DNA of 63,948 nt, the filler included, from Platydemus manokwari (Eukaryota), in assembly GCA_037951405.1 (NCBI GenBank). It is 6 parts of 6 records of this genome, joined end to end, with 100 filler letters (N's around TTAATTAATTAA, not from the genome) between each part and the next. Parts side by side here need not be neighbours in the genome. Positions count along the whole stretch, not along the records: positions 55,373 to 63,948 come from JBBMOY011358205.1; 5 more parts are not named here. One strand, written 5' to 3'. Both the position numbers and the translations under genes were made by a program. The notes beneath the pieces are model-generated. The model was given only the letters and a program-made list of their open reading frames with translations, had not been told where the DNA came from and did not search any database. Below, one piece after another: positions 55,373 to 63,948 of this stretch; positions within the stretch are counted from its first letter, which is position 1; each line of letters begins with the position of its first letter.

Positions 55373-58300
55373 AAATTGATACAATAAAAATTATTACACA
55401 TTTTATACGTACTGTCGTGCAAATATTGTATACATATTTTTCAATGTAAGTTCATTGTTTTAATTAACTAGTTGGGCCAGAACCCCAACAATACAATTAT
55501 TTAAACAAATTAATATAATTTTATATAAAATCAACTTCTTCACAAACCAAATTTATTCAAAATTAAGTCTTAAAAAATTTTTAATCCAATTTTCAAATTT
55601 TCACATATATACTATTTTCACGATATTATTTAAGGATTTTTATCGTGATTTTTATGGTTTTTTCTTTCATCTTTTCAGTTGAGATAACAGATACTTGCAC
55701 ACCATTAATTCAAGATACTTTTATTGATTTGAAAAATTATTAAATTCATCATCACAATAAATAGAATAAAATTCATAACTAATACATAAGCCTATAAAGT
55801 GTTTAAGAAAATATTTTATAACTCATTGAATAATTTTATCAACAACTTCAAATTAATTTCAAGTAGTGAATAAGTTGTTGGTTTGAATTGTTTTTTTAAA
55901 AAAATCATTCGCATTTTTTGCCATAACCGTTACATCTCAATTCTTTTGATATTATTTGATGTTTTGTGGAAATAGCAAAAGTAATCCAAGGGAAAAAATC
56001 GTGTAGAGATTGAGAAAGATCAAACCGATCATATTTCAATGGAGCGAATCGTTAAAAATGATATGATAACATAACACAACAATTTGAGATGCTTTTGATG
56101 CATTTATTGCTGTATAAGTTGAATAAATTCATAATTTTAAATATTATTGGATATATGGTAATAATAATTTTTATAATAATCTTGGACTTGATCGAAAATT
56201 ATATTATAAATTTATTAAAAACTAAACGTCTGACGATTGAAGCAGAAACCAATTATTGTTTAGTTTTCGAATACATTATAAGTAGTATTGCATAGTCAGA
56301 GTCGGTATTCCTTCCTAAGTCTTTATCTTGTATAATTTTATAATTTTAAATAACATGTTATGAATAGGACTATGGCGACATTTAATATTTATCGTGATCA
56401 TAACTGGAATTTATTTAATTACACTAAGAAAAAGTACAGGAAGCGAATTACACCTATTTTGCTACGGATTGTCCATGCCTGGTTTTCTATCAAATGTATA
56501 ACAATATCGGAATTTCTTTCATCCATTGGGAAGGCATTTTGAAATTAAATATTCCAATAAAATCTTATTTATTATATTCTTTCTCATGAATTATATGTTT
56601 AAATAATCGACTGTTGAATATATTTTTCAATAGCAAATGTAATATATAAGTAAAATACTCATTCAATGTTTCTTGTGATAAAATTATTAACCTTTTAGTT
56701 CTGAAATTATTTTCGATGAGCACTAATATCCGGGGAAACTTCTACAAAAACTTATTCTAATTGTTACCAGTTAAAATGATTTGAAAATTCGCGTTATTTT
56801 TATAATAATGATAATAGTAAATGTAGGTCAGGAAAATAAGTATGATAATCGATTTTAATATTATATAATCATTTGCCATCATCATTTAATATTTTAATTC
56901 TGGGCCAAGTACTACTGATAAGCCTAAAATCTTGGTTTTAGCAGTACATACTACTCAGAAATGATATTTAAACAAACTCTTTGCAATTACGTTTTTTCAT
57001 GAAGCCATATCAGTTTCATCAAACAGAATAAATAATGAAAGAAATGGATTATTATGGATTATTCCAAGATAAAAAATAAGGATATATTTCAAATTAATAC
57101 GATATCTACAACATATGTTAACCATAAATTTTATCTCGTACAATTCGTATCTACTTCATTGTAACGTCTATGTTTTATGTTGCTTCAAGGATATTTCAAT
57201 ATATTTAAAAACAACAATATCACAAATTATAACCCGAAATAATACGAGACATGAAGTCAACGCGTTGATGATCAAATTTACGATTAAATTAATGATGTAT
57301 TTTACTATGTTTAACATGGCAGAAAATCGTTAGTTTCAACAAATTCAATCAAAATATTACCATCATTATGAAATGAACAGTAACAAACCATTGATTGTTC
57401 ATCGACGATTCTTTATTTATCAGAATATCTTGGTGAGTTTTTCAACATAAAGTACTTCAATTGCTACTGATGAATAAAATAACATTTTCAAAATTGAGAA
57501 TTTGTGATTAAAAAAAATTCTTTCAGACTTTCTACTTGAACTGTTGCATTAAATCGAAGCTGATGCACGACTATTTTGCCGACGTGAATAATTTGCATGG
57601 ATTGCTGTTTACATACATACGGGAAAATATTTCTCCCGTAAAATAAAAAGTTTCGTTTAGAGTTTTAAATAATATTTGAGTTGTTTATGTGAAAGAATAA
57701 TATTTTATGAAGTCATTGCTTCAATATATTTATGTTATTAAATTTCATCATTATTCGTCTTTATAGGCAATGATAATATATTATTAGAAAAAACCCAATC
57801 TATTACAAGATGAATTAAACAGTTTTTAAATAAAAGTGCTTTACTTATGTGATAACATTTTAGAATAATTCATATTTTAAGTTCCGGGGATCCATTGATT
57901 TTTGTTTCTTTAATCTTTTCTTAATGTAAATCCAGTGGTTTTAAATCTTGCCTTCGATTTATTTAATTGCGAGATTATACTTTATTTCAGAACATTTATT
58001 TTTTCTATAAATTTGCTATGATTAATATAATATTCTGATTAATTTCAGTTATCTTTTTCATTTTAAATAACATATAATTATTTTCTTAATATAATTTTCT
58101 ATCAATATATTTTAAAATGTGTTTTAGGCTTTCACAGATCAAATAATCCAAAAATAATCTGAATATCCTAGCTACAAATAATGGGAATATAAAATTTAAT
58201 TTTACATTATATTTCAAATGACGGCTTAAATTAAAAAACGGGTTCTTTGACCTAATTTTATCTTGGTGAAGATTTAAAATAGTTGTAGCTAAATTATAAT

Positions 58301-61300
58301 TTTGTCAGTGATTTTTAAATTTTTTTCAATGCGAACTTTATAAAATAATAGCAGCTACGTGCCTAACACGAATATTGATTTGATTCAGAAAAGGTCTACG
58401 ACATGGATTTTTAGCTTAGAAGGAAAAATTATGGAGAAGTTATTGAAAAGATGTAAAATAAACATAGAAAAGTCATAGAGAAGATAAATAGAAGGTTTAA
58501 GCAAAAAATAAAGTAGACAGAAGAAATATAAATTTATTATAGATAAATTAATTTGATACAAAAAATACTTAAGATGTTGTGGGAATTTTTTTAACGATTC
58601 TATAACAGAATATATAATAAAAAAAATTAATTGGTTTAAATAATGGCAGCTAAAATATAACTGTGTCGTGACTTTTTAGTTCATTTTCAATGGTTTGTAA
58701 TCATAATGAATTTTCTAGTAATGTAATTTGCATTAATTTTTTCTAAAATCTCAAGATAAAATTAATTTTCTAAAACATTTTTAATTTTAGATGAAAATTT
58801 GAGCGAATAGGAAATTGCATGTATGGACGTGTTGAAAAAAATGGAAACTTTGAAATCCAGTTATTTTCTATATTAATAAAATTTTAAATAAGTAAAGCAA
58901 ATAGATGATAAAAAATTAAAATATATATTTATATTAAGTAATCGAAAATAAATTAAAATCTTTAAATAATAAATGGTTTTGTAATTTTCGAAGTTAAATT
59001 ATATTAATCGAAGTGATAGAAGTTAGAATTCGAATATCAATCGAATATTTTTCACAAAAATAAATATGAAACCAATCATAATATAAGTGTTATCAGCCAA
59101 AATCCGTACAAGCTGGTGACAGAGAATAATTGTTTTGTTTTGGTATTAATAGTCAATGTTATATTTAGAATAGTCTATTTTTGTAGCAGTTTTTTTGAAA
59201 ACGAGTTTGAGCAATCAATTAAAGTTGTTTACAAAACAGAAAATGAATTTTCATATTTTTGTATATAAAAATTCCTCTGACAAATCAATTATACATACCA
59301 TACAATAATAATGTTCATACCGGAGATAATTCTCGTATTGTCATGTTTTCTAACAAAGTCCATAACTTCGGAAATATTTTCAAAAGATTTCAAACACAGC
59401 ATTAATATATCACTTGGAGGAAATATAGATGTTAAAATAATTAAGGAGCATTTTATGGGTATTAGTTTTTAAAATTGTTATAAAATATGGATTTAATGAA
59501 AATTTATAGTGTTTATGTAATTTTTTTAAATACCAGACACTCAAACCATTGCTTATATATACGTCAAAAATATTTTTACAATAAATTACACGCCATGTAT
59601 ATAGATTATGTTTCTCTATCCAGACTAGCAAACGAAACGAATTACAAAAAGAGACATCTAATTGCAGACTGACGACAATAATATGAATTCAAAAAACTAT
59701 TTTTGTTGTGCTTCCTGATTATATATCTATTGTATTTAAGTGTGTATTAAATATTGTTGGTGATTAAATCGTACCTTGGTTGAGCATGTAGTCTGTTTGT
59801 ATTAATCAGGGTGTGAATACCCTTAAATATGAAGCATTCTTATTTCACTACAAGCTTACGTTGATATAATTATCTGCGGATATAAATCCCTAACAAGATA
59901 AGCAAACATAAATACAATTTATTAAGCATTATGATCAACGTGGATGCTGTTTTCTTGGTTCATTTTCTGTATAATTCATTTTATCACTTAATATTTTACC
60001 TTTCATGGCCACATTATAAAAGTAACAACTATTTTGTTAATTATGTCCAAACATTATCCCTGACAATAAAATCCAAATTATACATAGTGATAAAAATTAA
60101 TGATAAAATAAAATAAATAAGCAAAAGAATTTATTTTATCAAATTAAAATTAATTTTTGATAATTAATTTACCAAGTTGGGAATTAGAACTCAATTATTG
60201 ACTAATTATTTTTTATGTCAAGCCAATGTATGTAGAGCAAGTGAAATTGATATTTGAGCGATAATAGTCAGATAAAAATTGCCATCAAACAGAATGTAGT
60301 GATTATGAAAAATTTATTATTTTATTCATTTATCATTAAAAAAGGTAATTTTCTTTATTATTAGAGTATTTACAAAGGTAATAATCAGGTCAAAGTAGAG
60401 TCTCGGAAGGTATTTTTAAATCTCGCATATGTGAATAATATTTCATAATTCGCGAGTTGCTTGGAATCATAACAATAGTAAAACAATCGTCAATTTGAAC
60501 TTGTAATTAATTTCGTTTTGCATCATCAAGGTATTCCTGGAAATTGATTCTTCTCTACGAGTGGGAAAATAAAAGCTATTAGGGAAATTATATGAAAAAA
60601 TAATTAAATTAATGGAGATACATTTTTTCTCCATTTTCCACAGAACTTTTCAAATATCTTTATTCTCGTAAATATAAATCTGGAATGTGAAATGGATTTC
60701 ATTTACTTACAGGAAAGAGTTACATGGTATCTAACGAACACATCATTGTGAAAATATTAAACTAGATATAGTAATGTAATTCGAATTACTGTTAATTTAA
60801 ACAACAAATATCATTTATCCAATATTCGTACATCGTCACAGTAATATGCTACAGATTTTAATGATGTTCTTATTCGTGGACGAATATTTTATTTATATGA
60901 GATAATACTGATTTATTGTGTTTCTTCAATATGTCTATGGGAGATAGGGATTTGCCAAATCATAGGTTTTTTTTTCAGTATTATGTTTGAGAGATAGAAC
61001 GAAATTGTAAAATTGTTTTCCAATTCGTGATGAACTAAAAGTAGACATGTTTTTATTGAGATAATTATTGCATTAGTTAGATGAATTGAAATAAAATATT
61101 GTTTTTTGAATCTCTGCTGATATATACTGATAAAATTTTCAGTGACAAATGTTTTGTATTGTTTATAATTTAATGTTCATTTTTATTTTATTTTGTAATG
61201 TAATTTATTATTGATATAATTTTGGTTTTTGTGGACAGATATATAACTGTACTGTAAATTACAAGGTTGTTATAAAAAGGAAGAAATTATTTCAAAATAA

Positions 61301-63948
61301 TAATCATCTTTTTGGAGATGTCGTTCGCAAAACTATTTCAGCAGGTATAGTGTTTCAGGTCTCATTAGAGTTTCGGCACAGACACATTTGGAACTGATGA
61401 GACTTTCATGAATATCCTTTCGCTTCTTTATCTGTTGAAAATAATTTAACCAGTAATGAATCAAATATTGCAAATAGTGTGATTATTATGTTGTGTCTAA
61501 AATTACAATTATTACCAAAGGAATACTTTTCTTTATTGTGAGTGCCAAAATGTGCATATACGGGATTAACGTTGTTACTCATTATAAATTACTAGTGTTG
61601 GGGTTCTTCTGAACAATCAATTAATTGCTAATTCTAAAGCTGGAAGGCTAAAACTTTATTTCAGCAGTGTACTACTCATTGCGACATAAAAAATAAATAC
61701 ACTCAACATACTTCTCAAAATATGAACAAAACCTGACTTCCAACTGACAATAAGATAACTTTACGTCGATATTTATATTAGAGATCTGTGGATAATTTTT
61801 TGTGTCATTTTGTATTACATTTTGATTCGATCTTTGCTTTTGCATAAGTGTGATTGGTAAATAATTATATATATATATATATAAGTCTGTGTGTATGTTG
61901 TTATTTATTGTATGCCCCTATTTCCAATTATCGTTTACCATTTAACATTGCCGTGATTGGTTGTATGAGCATGCAAATGTGTGAATCCGCTTTTAGCATA
62001 ACTTCATCTCACTCAACACTTATAAAAATTATTTATATTTTCTGGTACTAAATATAATTTTGTCTCTCAAATCTCTTTAGTGCAAATCTAATAACTCGAT
62101 ATTAAAGAGTCCATATTAAAAAAATAATTTTTTTCTAATACATTTATCATAATATTTAAATAAATTACAACAATTTGTTTAGAACTTGATGGCATAAATT
62201 TGGGACTCAGTTGATATCTGTGTGGAAAAGTTATGGACTGTAAAGCGCTGTTATATTTTTTAAAGCACACATAGAAAATAACTGAAAAGTTACGACACGA
62301 CATTATATTTTATCCGCGATCATTTAACCAAATTAATATATTTTGATATTGATTTATAAAATCTTTAATTTAAATTTAAAAATCATCACATGAAGATCGT
62401 AGACATTCAAAAGAGCAAAAATCAAGAAAAGTTTGGATTTACTATCGGCAGTTGTAAGTGTTTATATTTCATAAAACATACATGGGAAATAATTTGAAAA
62501 GTATATATAAAAATATATTTAACTATCATATATAAACGAATTATCACTTTTTAATATATTTATACTTTATTTAATTATTCAAGAAATAAATATAAAATCT
62601 TTAAAATTTTCACATCTTCTTTTCTTTAAAATTTTTGATGTTATTCATAATGATTGTCACTTTGTTCTAATTTTAGTATCTATTTTTTAATAAAAGATTT
62701 TCCTTATTTTATCTACATTCTATACTTTTTTGTCGTAAATATTCTGGGAATCGAAGCCAAATGCGTAGTCACATTGTTAACCGTATATGTATAGTTTAGA
62801 AATATTAGAATTATTTAATTCACTCATTAACACGTTCAGAAATACCTTTTGTCATTGGCAGTATTAGATTTTATCTGGTATTTAAAATAAAGCAAAACTT
62901 TTCTTCATACATAATTTCTCAACGAATTTGACTTGGTAAGAGTTATATTTTGGTTGTATAATATAGACTACACTTTCTAACATAATTCTGAAGTATTAAT
63001 TGAAGTATAATTCATTGCCAAGCAACCTGATTTAGAGTTATAGATCAGGGAATCGACAAATTTAATGGAAATTTTAACAATAGAATATTACGAAATACAA
63101 TACAACAACCTACGAACAAATAAAAAGACACTTAAAATCATATAATTTCATCAAAATATATTCCATCTATTAGTGTTAATTAATTTGATTCTAAACCAAC
63201 TGAAGTAAGTAAAAAAAACTTAGGAAAAACTTCATTAAACGAATTCTATTCAAATCAATTTTAATTGTCTGCAGCATAATTAGATTTCATTATAGCACAA
63301 AAAACGAGTAATAATTTCTTGTCCAATAATGCCATATGGTTTGAAGACAAATTGTTGTTCCTTGACAAACGATGTTCGAACAGTGGCAATCTCCTCTCTC
63401 GAACACATCAATAGCTATTGGAAATGAGTAACTAAATTACTTCATTTGTAACAAACCGATGTAGTTTTTAATTATCAATCAGTAGTGTAGGAAAATTTAA
63501 TTTGTTTCAAATCCAACAAATCAATGGATTTCGATAAAGTGGATTTGTAAATAGAAATATCGGTGTTGACATTTTTTTCAACGGTTTACAATGGGGATTT
63601 TTTTTATTACCTTCATTGGGATTATTTTACGAGTGGCAATAATTATTGGCATTATTTGATTCGTTATGTGGTTTTGAAAGGATATTTCTGTGAACAATAG
63701 ACAATCATTACCGAGAAAAATTGGGATAAAATTATGTGAGCAATATATGATGAATATAAGAATGTTATCAATTATAATAATATCATGCGTATTATATGAG
63801 TATTATGTTAAAGTTATTAAAATTATTATTATGAGTATTTTATAATGAATTTTAAAGATCTAGTTCGGATTTGATATTAAAAAATATAAATTTGTTCAAG
63901 TCATTTGATTAAATATACTTTTGTGTTATGATGTTTAAATTAGTTTTC

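Overview
AT-rich eukaryotic (metazoan) genomic DNA, most likely from a triclad planarian. That assignment is inferred from the 39-55 nt introns, the innexin, the Mi-2 gene and the transposon spectrum. The window consists of six contigs joined by five artificial 100-bp linkers (N44-TTAATTAATTAA-N44). Spliced host genes reconstructed by hand: (1) a complete 5-exon gene for a 517-aa secreted protein built of 13 tandem 4-Cys repeats (14264-10235, -); (2) the last three exons of a DTHD1-like death-domain protein (16787-18596, +); (3) a complete 7-exon OTUD6B-like deubiquitinase (25574-24487, -); (4) the 3' eight exons of CHD3/4/5 Mi-2 (36333-30081, -); (5) a complete 3-exon divergent innexin (49317-47997, -); (6) a 220-aa orphan ORF. 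The rest is mostly decayed mobile DNA: an RLE-type (R2/NeSL-like) LINE, Gypsy gag and integrase remnants, a mariner, a pogo/Tigger, a Maverick/Polinton-type polB fragment, and MITE and solo-LTR-like repeats. The most interesting leads are the 13-repeat cysteine-rich secreted protein, a short geminivirus-Rep-like peptide at 6.56-6.69 kb, and a MITE whose subterminal motif has expanded into a 33-bp G-rich minisatellite. All family calls come from motif recognition by eye; no database searches were run.
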